Shown: in pieces, positions 35,328-44,324 of the stretch
Position numbering within the stretch: position 1 is the first letter of the stretch
Layout: every line of letters starts with the position of its first letter
Assembly (NCBI GenBank): GCA_965226215.1
Contig: CBDDCH010000002.1
Span: 1,342,282 to 1,406,281 of the forward strand
Direction of reading: 5' to 3'
From: Bryobacterales bacterium
GTDB lineage: Bacteria > Acidobacteriota > Terriglobia > Bryobacterales > UBA6623
Length of the DNA: 64,000 nt
Translations under genes and position numbers: made by a program
Notes under the pieces: model-generated
Databases searched by the model: none
What the model was told of the DNA's origin: nothing
What the model saw: the letters and a program-made list of their open reading frames with translations, nothing else

Positions 35328-36545
35328 ATGAGAAGTTGTGTGGTTAGACTCTCCACAGTTGCAGCGACGGGCCTGTCGGTGATTCTGGGAACCCTCCTTG
35401 CCGCTCAATCGACAACGCAAGGGACTGCAACTGCCGAGAGTCGCTTGGTCGGACAAGTGACCTCAACGGACGTCGAGCGGGGGCGGCTCACCGTCGAAAC
35501 CGACCAAGGGGAAGCGGTAACCGTCGGGATCGACAGCTCTACTCGATGTATGCGCGTGCCTCCCGGCGAAAAGGACCTAGCGAACGCGGTCCCCACTGCG
35601 ATCGCTGACATCAACGTCGGAGACCGCGTGCTTGCCCGGGTTCCAACCTCTACAAGTAGTTCACCCGCCGCGGCGAGTTTGGTTCTGGTCATGCCCCGAG
35701 CCGACTTGGAGCAGAAGCGGCAGCAGGAACTGGCGGACTGGAAAGCCCGCGGCACGGTCGGCAGAATCGCCTCTGTTGACGCCTCTGCAAGAGAAGTCAC
35801 GCTCGTAGCGCAGTCTCTTCGGGAAACCAAGACGACGATTGTTGCCGTTCAGAGTGAGACCGGCATCCGTCGCTATGCACCAGGATCGATTCGCTTCCAG
35901 GACGCCCGGCCCAGCTCGTTCGAGGAACTCAAAGTTGGCGACCAACTCTGGGTGCTCGGCGAAAGCCAAGAGAATTCCGAAGGGGCGCGAATCGAGGCGG
36001 AGCAGCTTGTAGCCGGGGCGTTCCGCAACTTCGCGGCGACGGTTCGAGGCGTCGAGGCGGGCGAAGGCACGGTGAGAGTCAAGGACCTCGAGACGGGCAA
36101 GACCTTCTCGGTCCACATTGTCGAAGAATCTGTCCTGCGGCGGCTCCCTGAGCGGATGGCGTGGTTTCTAGGCATGGCGCTCGAGCGATCGAAGGCCGGG
36201 GAGGGAAGTCCCCCGCGGAACTTCCGCCGAGGCGGATCGGGGCGCGGCGGACGGCCCCCGGGCGGCGGGTTCGGTGGCGCGGGCGGGGGATCCAGGCCAG
36301 GCGCGATGGGCGGGCGGCGTCCGAACATGAGCTTTCAAGAGGTTCTTCAGCGGGCGCCGCGATTCTCGATTGAAGAGTTGAAACCGGGAGAACCACTCAT
36401 CGTGTCAAGCACGACGGGCGAGGGCGATACCCCGATCAAGGCCATCACGGTGGTAGCCGGCGTCGAGCCACTACTCGCCGCTGGCCCCGGGGGACTGGGT
36501 CCGCTGGGCGGTTCCTGGAGCATGAGTATCAACGTACCCCAGTAA
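35328..36545 (+). CDS. Hypothetical secreted protein with repeated small beta-domains and a Gly/Arg-rich insert
   Basis: Signal peptide LSTVAATGLSVILGTLLAAQS. There are recurring (I/L)xVGD(R/Q)(V/L)xV motifs. The low-complexity insert is RRGGSGRGGRPPGGGFGGAGGGSRPGAMGGRRP. Confidence 0.6.
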   Translation: MRSCVVRLSTVAATGLSVILGTLLAAQSTTQGTATAESRLVGQVTSTDVERGRLTVETDQGEAVTVGIDSSTRCMRVPPGEKDLANAVPTAIADINVGDRVLARVPTSTSSSPAAASLVLVMPRADLEQKRQQELADWKARGTVGRIASVDASAREVTLVAQSLRETKTTIVAVQSETGIRRYAPGSIRFQDARPSSFEELKVGDQLWVLGESQENSEGARIEAEQLVAGAFRNFAATVRGVEAGEGTVRVKDLETGKTFSVHIVEESVLRRLPERMAWFLGMALERSKAGEGSPPRNFRRGGSGRGGRPPGGGFGGAGGGSRPGAMGGRRPNMSFQEVLQRAPRFSIEELKPGEPLIVSSTTGEGDTPIKAITVVAGVEPLLAAGPGGLGPLGGSWSMSINVPQ

Positions 36546-36604
36546 AGCTATGCCTGAATCAAAACCTCGAGCACAGAACCTGGATTGGATATCGAGACTC
36601 TTCG

Positions 36605-36706
36605 TGAGTCTCGCAAATTATGGTCACAGGGCCCGTGTTCAGACTGTAGGGGCACAGCATGCTGTGCCCGTGTTCCAAAGCCGCTGTATTTTGCGAGCCT
36701 CGATAG
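36605..36706. repeat. 102-bp MITE/REP-like element, family C, copy 1
   Basis: TGAGTCTCGCAAATTATGG...GTAGGGGCACAGCATGCTGTGCCC...TATTTTGCGAGCCTCGATAG; ~15-bp terminal inverted repeats plus a central hairpin. The second copy at 58044-58145 is also 102 bp. Confidence 0.75.
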
Positions 36707-39648
36707 TGCGGGCCGCCGTTTGCTTGGCGCTCAGCCTGCCCTGCTCAGCGGCCGACGAAACTGCCAAACCCGGCACGATCAGCGGACGTGTTCTCGACGA
36801 GACAGGAGCAGTAATTCCCGCCGCCACGGTCTTCGTCAGGACCCCGGCGGGCGATACCCGCACCACTGCCGCGGACAGTCTGGGCGCCTACGAGGTTAGC
36901 GGTCTTGCTCCCGGGCGCTACTCCGTACGCGCGGTTGCCCAAGGCTATGTGCCCTATGAGCAAGTATGGGTGGAAATCGAAGCCGGCGCCGGCCGGACCA
37001 TCGATCTGCCCTTGCGCGTGTCTTTTGAGAAGCAAGAGTTAACTGTGCAAGATGAGTCGTCAGAGGGCATTAGTGTCGATCCTCAAAGCAATGTGGGAGC
37101 CATCATCCTGCGGGGAGCGGATCTGGACGCCCTTTCCGATGATCCGGACGATCTCGCTGCTGACCTCCAGGCCCTCGCCGGGCCCTCCGCCGGCCCGAGC
37201 GGCGGCCAGATTTTCGTCGATGGGTTTTCCGGAGCCCGCCTGCCTCCTAAACACTCGATTCGGGAGATCCGCATAAATTCCGATCCCTTCTCCGCTCAAT
37301 ACGATCAGCTGGGCTTCGGCCGGATCGAGGTGTTCACCAAACCGGGCAGCGACAAGTTCCGAGGTAACACGTTCCTCACCTTTAGCGACGAGAGTCTCAA
37401 TTCCAGGAACCCGTTCGCCCCGAACCGCGCACCCTACCAATCAAGGCTCTACGGAGGTGATCTCAGCGGCCCGATCAACAAAAAGTCCTCCTTCTTTTTT
37501 GATTTCGAGCGGCGGGAAATTGACGATAACGCGGTTATCAATGCAACCATCCTGGATCCAAGCCTGTCGATCGTCCCGTTTAGTCTGGCGGTGGTCACGC
37601 CGCGGCGCCGCACGTCCGTCGGCCCGCGCCTCGACTACCAACTGGGCCAAAAACACACCTTGGTGATGCGCTACCGTCACTTCCGAGATGATCTCGACGA
37701 CAGGGGAGTCGGACAGTTTTCCTTGCCGTCTCTCGCCTACGACACCCTCCGATCAGGGCACACGGTCCAGGTGACCGAGACGGCCGTGCTCAGTGCGGAG
37801 ACGGTGAACGAGACCCGACTTCAGTTCAGGAGAAACCGGTTTGATCGGTCGGGAGACAACTCCATCCCTACGACGAACGTCCTGCAGGCGTTTCAGGACG
37901 GCGGCGCGCAGGTGGGGTTATCCGAAAACACGGTCGATAGCTGGGAGATCCAAAACTATACGACCCGTTCACTGGGCGCGCACACCCTGAAGTTCGGCGC
38001 GCGCGTGCGAACAGCCGATGTTTCGGACCTTTCGCCGCAGAACTTCGGTGGTACGTTCACCTTTGGCGGTGGCTTCGCGCCTGAACTCGATGCAACTAAC
38101 CGGGTCGTGGTCGACGCCTCGGGACAACCCGTGATGATCCCGATCACCTCCGTCGAGCGCTATCGCCGAACGGTTCTCTTCGAGCAGCAGGGGCTGAGCG
38201 GCGAGCAGATTCGTAGTCTTGGCGGGGGCGCCACCCAATTCTCCATCGCCGGCGGAAACCCTGATGCCGGCGTCAATCAGGTGGATCTTGGTGTCTTCGT
38301 ACTCGATGACTGGCGCGCGCGCCCCAACCTTTCCTTGAGCTTGGGCCTGCGTTACGAGATCCAAACGAATATCAGTCAGGGGACGAATTTTGCGCCGCGG
38401 ATCGGGGTGGCCTGGTCCCCGCGAGCGGGGACGTCAGGCCGCGGCAAGACGGTTATCCGCGGGGGCTTCGGGATGTTCTACGACCGCGTCTCCGAGGACC
38501 TGACCTTGCAGTCGCTCCGTTTCAATGGGCTTACCCAACAGCAATACATTGTTCGCAACCCCGACTTCTACCCTTTCGTTCCATCCACCGACACCCTCGC
38601 CGATCTGCTGGCGCCGCAGACCATCCGGCGGCTGGCCGCGGATGCGCGGGCCCCTTATCTGATGCAGACGGCCATCGGCATCGAACGGCAGCTGCCGCGC
38701 CGCACGACGGTGGCTACCACCTATACGCACACGCGCGGCGTGAATTTGCTGCGCAGCCGCAACATCAATGCACCCCTGCCGGGGACTGGTGAGCGCCCGT
38801 TCGGCGGCGACGACTTGTTCCAGTTCGAGACGACCGGCTTGATGCGCCAGAATCAATTGATCGCCAATGTCCGAACCCGCTTTCACTCCCGCGTGTCGCT
38901 GTTCGGCTTCTACTCCCTGAACAAGGCCAAGAGCGACACCGACGGCGTGGGAAGCTTCCCGGCTAACCAATACGACCTCAGCACGGAATATGGTCGTTCC
39001 GCCCTGGACATACGGCATCGCTTCGGAATGGGTGGATCGATCACCGGGCCCGGCGGCCTGCGATTCAGCCCGTTCATCATCCTGCGCTCCGGAGTACCCT
39101 TCAATATCACCACCGGCGGGGACAACAACGCCGACCTGATGTTCACCGACCGTCCGGCACTGGCGACCGACCTGAACGACCCCAACGTGATTGCCACCCG
39201 CTTCGGCGTTTTCGACCCCACTCCCGAGCCGGGAACCCCGGTCATTGCGCGGAACTTCGCTCAGGGGCCTTCCTACTCCGCGATCAATTTTCGCATCAGC
39301 AGGACGTTCGGCTTGGGAAAGAAAGCGGCCGCCTCGGCGGACGCTTCCGGAGGTCGCAGGCCTGGCGACGGGATCAGGATTGGAGGCCGTTGGCGCGGCC
39401 GGCGCGGCGGTCGCCACAGTAGAGGACGCGGCGGGCCCTTCTTCGGAGGCGGCAGTTCCGAGCACCGCTACAGCCTTACGTTTTCCCTCTCCGTTCGGAA
39501 CCTTTTCAACACAACCAACCCGGCCGCCCCGATCGGAAACCTGACTTCACAGCTGTTCGGACAGTCCAACGCTTCTGCGGGATTTGGCCGAGGCAGCTCG
39601 GGCGCCGGGAACCGTACCGTTCGTCTGCAGATGCGCTTCGGTTTCTGA
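36706..39648 (+). CDS. CarboxypepD_reg-domain TonB-dependent-receptor-like outer-membrane beta-barrel protein
   Basis: The GTG at 36706 gives signal peptide (M)RAAVCLALSLPCSAA. GTISGRVLDETGAVIPAATVFV...GAYEVSGLAPGRYSV is CarboxypepD_reg-like. A long beta-rich region ends in ...RTVRLQMRFGF, a terminal Phe typical of OM barrels. The upstream part of the tracked ORF (36550-) is the family C repeat. Confidence 0.8.
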   Translation: MRAAVCLALSLPCSAADETAKPGTISGRVLDETGAVIPAATVFVRTPAGDTRTTAADSLGAYEVSGLAPGRYSVRAVAQGYVPYEQVWVEIEAGAGRTIDLPLRVSFEKQELTVQDESSEGISVDPQSNVGAIILRGADLDALSDDPDDLAADLQALAGPSAGPSGGQIFVDGFSGARLPPKHSIREIRINSDPFSAQYDQLGFGRIEVFTKPGSDKFRGNTFLTFSDESLNSRNPFAPNRAPYQSRLYGGDLSGPINKKSSFFFDFERREIDDNAVINATILDPSLSIVPFSLAVVTPRRRTSVGPRLDYQLGQKHTLVMRYRHFRDDLDDRGVGQFSLPSLAYDTLRSGHTVQVTETAVLSAETVNETRLQFRRNRFDRSGDNSIPTTNVLQAFQDGGAQVGLSENTVDSWEIQNYTTRSLGAHTLKFGARVRTADVSDLSPQNFGGTFTFGGGFAPELDATNRVVVDASGQPVMIPITSVERYRRTVLFEQQGLSGEQIRSLGGGATQFSIAGGNPDAGVNQVDLGVFVLDDWRARPNLSLSLGLRYEIQTNISQGTNFAPRIGVAWSPRAGTSGRGKTVIRGGFGMFYDRVSEDLTLQSLRFNGLTQQQYIVRNPDFYPFVPSTDTLADLLAPQTIRRLAADARAPYLMQTAIGIERQLPRRTTVATTYTHTRGVNLLRSRNINAPLPGTGERPFGGDDLFQFETTGLMRQNQLIANVRTRFHSRVSLFGFYSLNKAKSDTDGVGSFPANQYDLSTEYGRSALDIRHRFGMGGSITGPGGLRFSPFIILRSGVPFNITTGGDNNADLMFTDRPALATDLNDPNVIATRFGVFDPTPEPGTPVIARNFAQGPSYSAINFRISRTFGLGKKAAASADASGGRRPGDGIRIGGRWRGRRGGRHSRGRGGPFFGGGSSEHRYSLTFSLSVRNLFNTTNPAAPIGNLTSQLFGQSNASAGFGRGSSGAGNRTVRLQMRFGF

Positions 39649-40418
39649 ATCGTGAACCGTACCGAGACGTCTACCTGGGTCGAGCGTCTTCGGCGGCAAG
39701 CACGGGATTGCACTGACTCTGCAGGCGCCAGCCCCAAGCGCCCGTTTCCCGTTGCTCAGAGTGCGAACTTCGCCAGCCGCTGAACTCGCTCGTGGTTAGC
39801 GCGGAGGGGTGGCCGCTCCTACGCTGCGCTGGCGAGAAACGCGTACTAACTGGTGGACTCCGGGCTACCTCGCATAGCTTACGAGCGAGCCCTCAGCGGG
39901 CTAGGGATCGTATTGTAAATGATTGAAATCGTTCTGTTTATCTTCCAATTGGCTTTGTTTGGTAATTTTTTTGAGTCGGCCGCTTCCGCGGGCGAAAAAA
40001 ACCATTGGAAGGTGTGAAAAAACGCCGCGGACACCCGACCGTGACACCACGCTCGCCGGCACTACCAATACTGGCACTCTAAAAGAAGTTTAGTGATAAC
40101 CGGCTTGCGGCGTTCCCCGGTCTTGTCGCCTGTCTGGCACAGCCTCCTGCGTCTATCTTATCGCGGGCAACGAGGATTTCCCCGGATAAGGGCCAAGAAG
40201 TTACAGAAAACAAACGATGTTCCCGCCCGTGACTGGCGGATTGGAGTCACGGTTCTCAATGGGATTGAGGGTTGAGCAGGGTTGAGGAGTTGTGCTCGGA
40301 GTTCCTTGGAGGCTCTATCTTGGACGTGGTTGGGGGTACCCAGGCAACGGCCGGTTTTTGGCTGCTCGCACGCTCTCTGGCGTTGCGCGCTTCGTGCCGG
40401 GCCGCCTATCCTCGGACT

Positions 40419-40938
40419 ATGGCAAAGAACAAAGTATCAAGGCGCAAGCTCTTGGCGGGCTCGTTGGCAGCTGCGGGCTTCGGGCATGGCGGCGCCCGGC
40501 GCGGCGCAGGGTAGCCCGGATCGTGCTGAGCAACCCCAAGGCGGGATCTGGGAAAGACCGCCTTCCCAGCTCAACCGGGGGAACCGCCGGAACGTGATCC
40601 TGCTCAACGTCGATACCTTCCGGGCGGACAATCTGCAGTGCTACGGAGGGAATGGGCTGGTCCAGTGCCCTCGCCTGGACCGGTTTGCCGAAGACAGCGT
40701 CATCTTTGACGACGTCTACCCAGAGGGCATGCCGACGATCCCAACTCGCCGCGTGTTGTGGACGGGCCGCGGTATCCTCCCCTTTTCCTACTACCACCAA
40801 CATGAGCCGTCCGGAAAGCCTTCCGGGTTGCGCTTCACCCACGACAGGACGGCCCCCAGTACTCCGAACCCCTCCATGCCGGCGATACACAGTCTCTCAC
40901 CATTTACCGCTACTTCAAAACGCATCCTTCCATGGTAG
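40419..40938 (+). pseudogene. Sulfatase/alkaline-phosphatase-superfamily gene remnant (frameshift after the Tat signal, truncated)
   Basis: The Tat signal MAKNKVSRRKLLAGSLAAAGFG is in frame 3 and stops at 40514. The mature N-terminus NVILLNVDTFRADNLQCYGGNGLVQCPRLDRFAEDSVIFDDVYPEGMPTIPTRRVLWTGR is in frame 1. That ORF ends at 40938, about 150 aa into what is normally a >=450-aa enzyme. Confidence 0.6.
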
Positions 40939-41008
40939 AAGAGTGCGGCGACCCAACCCGGTAGTATAGACTTTCGACATATATCCCTAAGACTCTCGGG
41001 GGGAAACG

Positions 41009-41212
41009 GTGAAGAAAGCCAAGCTCTTCAAAAACGGCCAGAGTCAAGCCGTTACGCTGCCCAAGGAATTTCGCCTGCCGGGTACCGAGGTGGGGGTGCG
41101 GAAGGTCGGCACGGCAGTGTTGTTAGTGCCGCTTAAACGCGGCTGGGACAGTCTGTTTGAAAGCCTTGCGGAATTCTCCGACGACTTTCCGGGCGGAAGG
41201 AGGAAAGAGTAA
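41009..41212 (+). CDS. AbrB/SpoVT-fold antitoxin (VapB/MazE-like), no cognate toxin adjacent
   Basis: MKKAKLFKNGQSQAVTLPKEFRLPGTEVGVRKVGTAVLLVP is the classic swapped-hairpin antitoxin N-terminus. No PIN or MazF ORF follows. Confidence 0.75.
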   Translation: MKKAKLFKNGQSQAVTLPKEFRLPGTEVGVRKVGTAVLLVPLKRGWDSLFESLAEFSDDFPGGRRKE

Positions 41213-41228
41213 TGTTTACCCTTTTTAC

Positions 41229-42264
41229 CGGAATGGGGTATCCACTTGACTCAGGTAACCCCAACATCTTGTGGTTGGGCTCACGGGGCCTCAGCGTCCC
41301 AGTCGGCGACGATCGATCGATACGGCGTTGGGTCCACGGCGACTGCCTGCTGCACAAGGCGGTAGAAGAGTTTTCCCCGGCTGCGTGAGTTGCGCCGGTT
41401 GAAGCGGAACACAAACTCGTCGAGGTAGTAGTCCAGATGCTCGTGGCTAACCGCGCCTTGGTGCGTGCCCAGCAGCCAGCGCTTGAGCAACGAGATCGCT
41501 TGGTGCACCCTCGGCAATAATTCCGAGGCCTGCTTGCGGCGGCCCGACAGAAAGACGATGCGATGCTGGTAGCCCTTCTTCTCCAGCGGCTCGTAGCCCA
41601 GCCAGCCGTCGGTGTGCACAACGCTTCCCGGCTCGACCGACTCCTCCACGAAGGGCATCAAACTGGCCGCCGATGCGTTCCGCACGCGCTGCATGCGGAT
41701 CCGTCCTAGCCCGCGGCCTCTCTCTTCCGCGGCTACTGCAATCAAGGCTTTACGCTCGGTCTGCCGGCCGCTCACACCCTCTTCCTCAGCGCCCCAATAG
41801 GTCTCATCGACCTCGACTACGCCCGCCAATCGCTCCCGCCCCGGACGCACCATCGCTCGCCGCAGCTTGTGCATCCAGGTCCACGCGGTTTGATAGCTGC
41901 CCAACCCGAGAACGCGCTGCAGACCCAGCGCGCTGACCCCGTTCTTTTGCGAAGTGACGTGCCAGATCGCCCGGAACCACAGCCGCAGCGGCTTACGTGT
42001 GTCTTGGAAGATCGTGCCCGAGGTCACCGACGTCTGCCGCCCGCAGCGAGCGCATTCGAACCACACTTTGCGCACCGGCCAAGCCCGCTCATGCCCGCAT
42101 CCCGGACAGCGGAAACCCTCCGGCCAGCGCAACGCGGACAGATAGTCGCGACAGGCCTCTTCGCTGGCGAAGCGTACCTCGAACTCGAGCAGGTCGCGTG
42201 GATAATCCTCCACGAAGGCGCATACTACATCTTGGGGTCACCTGAGTCAAGTGGATACCCCATT
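41229..42264 (-). mobile_element. IS1595-family insertion sequence, copy 2, with 8-bp TSD TTTTTACC
   Basis: The same 1036-bp block as 1952-2987. TTTTTACC occurs at 41222-41229 and 42263-42270. The exact end/TSD register is ambiguous by a few bp; net inserted length is 1041 bp. Confidence 0.85.
41281..42213 (-). CDS. IS1595-family transposase
   Basis: 310 aa, 1 aa different from 2004-2936 (R6 vs G6). Confidence 0.85.
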   Translation of the reverse strand: MEDYPRDLLEFEVRFASEEACRDYLSALRWPEGFRCPGCGHERAWPVRKVWFECARCGRQTSVTSGTIFQDTRKPLRLWFRAIWHVTSQKNGVSALGLQRVLGLGSYQTAWTWMHKLRRAMVRPGRERLAGVVEVDETYWGAEEEGVSGRQTERKALIAVAAEERGRGLGRIRMQRVRNASAASLMPFVEESVEPGSVVHTDGWLGYEPLEKKGYQHRIVFLSGRRKQASELLPRVHQAISLLKRWLLGTHQGAVSHEHLDYYLDEFVFRFNRRNSRSRGKLFYRLVQQAVAVDPTPYRSIVADWDAEAP

Positions 42265-42280
42265 TTTACCGTACTTTTAG

Positions 42281-43941
42281 CCAGGATTTCCGATTTGGCT
42301 CCTCTGACGGCACGAGTCTACACCCTCACCCGGCGAAGCGCAACCATTTCTCCACCCGAAAGAGGCGGCGGCTGAGGCGGGACCGATCGAGCCCCCTTCT
42401 TGCCCCTCATTGGGGCTGATCCGCCGCTGCGAAGTCAATTTCGCAGACACCCTTCCGAGCTTCCGTCCTCAGTACTCAGGTTTCGCATTCGGCAAGTCGC
42501 GTGCTACCCGCCCGGCACAGGCAGCGCCCAGATCCTCCGCAGCATGTCGCCAAACAGGCGCCGGTTCAGATGTCCCTCCGCGAACAAGAGCCAGTAATAC
42601 CGCGCGTGTTTAATTAACCGTCCGCCCGTCTTCATCAGCCGGTGCTGGAAGCTCGTCAGCGACCAGCTCTTGATCCGTTGCGGCAGCCCCAGCCGCCGCC
42701 ACAAGTTGCCCAGGTTATAGGCCAGCACGCTGAGCTGCAAGCGCACCTCGTTCGCCCGGAAGCGATGGCACGACAGCCGCGTCCAGTGCGTCGCTTGCTT
42801 ACCTTCTTTGATCCACTGCTCCGCCGTGCCGCGCTTGTTGTAGAAACGCACCACCGACCGGCTTGGCAAGCTCATGTTCGTCACGATAAAACCGACGCGC
42901 GCGAATAGCTCGCCCTGGTGGTGCTCGACCTTGGCGACAACTCGTCTGGGCCCCTTCCAGCTCTCCGCCTGATAGCGAAAGCTCTTGTAGCGCACTAGCG
43001 GCTTGCGGCCGGGCCTCCCCGGCGGACGAAACAGGATGTCTTCGATCTCCAGCTCCAGGCTCTTATTGGCCGGAATGCGGATCGCGTAGTCCGCGCCGCG
43101 CTCCTCCAGTGCTTCGTAGATCTCGGGCTTGGCGAAGGCGGCATCGGCGCGAAAGGTGACCTGTTTGCCTTCGGCCAGTTGGCGCTCGATCTCCGGCAAC
43201 AATAGCTCATCCCAGTCCTCGGCGCTGTGCACGTTGCCGGGACGCAGCTTGGCAGCGAGGCAATCACCATGACCGTTGAACAAAAGCAACGGGTGGTAGC
43301 AGACCGACTCGAAGTGTCCGTTGTAGGCACTGCCTTCCTGTTGGCCATGGACCGGACTCTCGGTGGAGTCCATGTCCAGAACGACCCGCTCGGAGTCGTC
43401 GAACGCCTCCGCTTGCCCGACCAGCTCTCGGTTCAGCGCCATCAGCCCCAGCAGGTTCTCTTCGCTCGCCAGCATCTCCGTCTCGAAGCCGTGCAGCGTC
43501 GAGGTCAAGGCCGCACCGCGATCCCAGATCTTCTGCGAGCCGATCAAGCGAAACGTCGGGTCAGCCGACACTCGGACGGCGTCGTTGACGTCCTCGTAGC
43601 CTGCCAAGCGGCTGTAGACCGACTGCCGCAACAGATCAGCGAACGTGAACTGCTTGTTTGTGCCTTGCCGGGAGTCGGTGAGATGCTCGCCGATCAGTTT
43701 CCCGAGTCCGAGTCGCTCATCCAACTCCCGAACCAGGATCAAGCCACCGTCGGAAGTGACGTGCGATCCCTGGAAATCGACTTTCAACGAGCCGTTGAAA
43801 CTTAGCTGGAATGGCTTGGTTTGTTTTTCACCCATTGGGTGTTGGCCTCCATGGCGTCCTCATCGGGCTCTAGCCCCTATGAATAAAGACGCTCAAGCCC
43901 GCCGGAAGGTAGAGAGGTCTGAATCAAATTGGAAATGCGGG
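42281..43941 (-). mobile_element. IS1380-family insertion sequence, copy A (1661 bp) with 5-bp TSD TTTAG
   Basis: Ends are CCAGGATTTCCGATTTGGCT and (inverse) CCCGCATTTCCAATTTGATT. TTTAG occurs at 42276-42280 and 43942-43946. Confidence 0.85.
42504..43835 (-). CDS. IS1380-family transposase (DDE_Tnp_1-like)
   Basis: 443 aa. The N-terminus ...VTSDGGLILVRELDERLGLGKLIGEHLTDSR is characteristic of IS1380 transposases. Confidence 0.8.
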   Translation of the reverse strand: MGEKQTKPFQLSFNGSLKVDFQGSHVTSDGGLILVRELDERLGLGKLIGEHLTDSRQGTNKQFTFADLLRQSVYSRLAGYEDVNDAVRVSADPTFRLIGSQKIWDRGAALTSTLHGFETEMLASEENLLGLMALNRELVGQAEAFDDSERVVLDMDSTESPVHGQQEGSAYNGHFESVCYHPLLLFNGHGDCLAAKLRPGNVHSAEDWDELLLPEIERQLAEGKQVTFRADAAFAKPEIYEALEERGADYAIRIPANKSLELEIEDILFRPPGRPGRKPLVRYKSFRYQAESWKGPRRVVAKVEHHQGELFARVGFIVTNMSLPSRSVVRFYNKRGTAEQWIKEGKQATHWTRLSCHRFRANEVRLQLSVLAYNLGNLWRRLGLPQRIKSWSLTSFQHRLMKTGGRLIKHARYYWLLFAEGHLNRRLFGDMLRRIWALPVPGG

Positions 43942-44324
43942 TTTAGCACTCCTCTTTTTACCCGGCTCTCTTGTCGCAGATTCCGTTGACGTTTCGCTAT
44001 TCCCGATTGCCATGGCGATGTCCAAAGACAAACAGACGCTATTTGTGATTGGTACAGACCCGGCCGAAAGTGAGGATACTCTGCATGTGATCGACATTCC
44101 GTCCAGGCAGGCTACTCGAATCAAACTACCCAACAGCACTACGAGCGATGTGAGAAGTTTGTGCGTTGGCCCGTCGAGCGTCGCAATACCTTCCCCAGGT
44201 GGCGTGATTCTCGTGCTTGACCCTGACACCTTGCAAATTCGATCCGTTACCACTGGCAACATTCTCTTTCCACATTCCTGTACTTTCGGACCCGACGGCT
44301 CGCTGTATGTTGGCGCAGACTCAA

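Noticed and set aside
36550-36705. ATG at 36550 as the start of the TonB-like protein
   Set aside because: The first 52 codons translate the family C interspersed repeat, which also occurs non-coding at 58044-58145. The signal peptide begins at the GTG at 36706.
39950-40025. 16-nt match GGAAGGTGTGAAAAAA shared between about 40000 and about 58001
   Set aside because: This is an isolated short match with no extended similarity on either side. It is not enough to define a repeat family.
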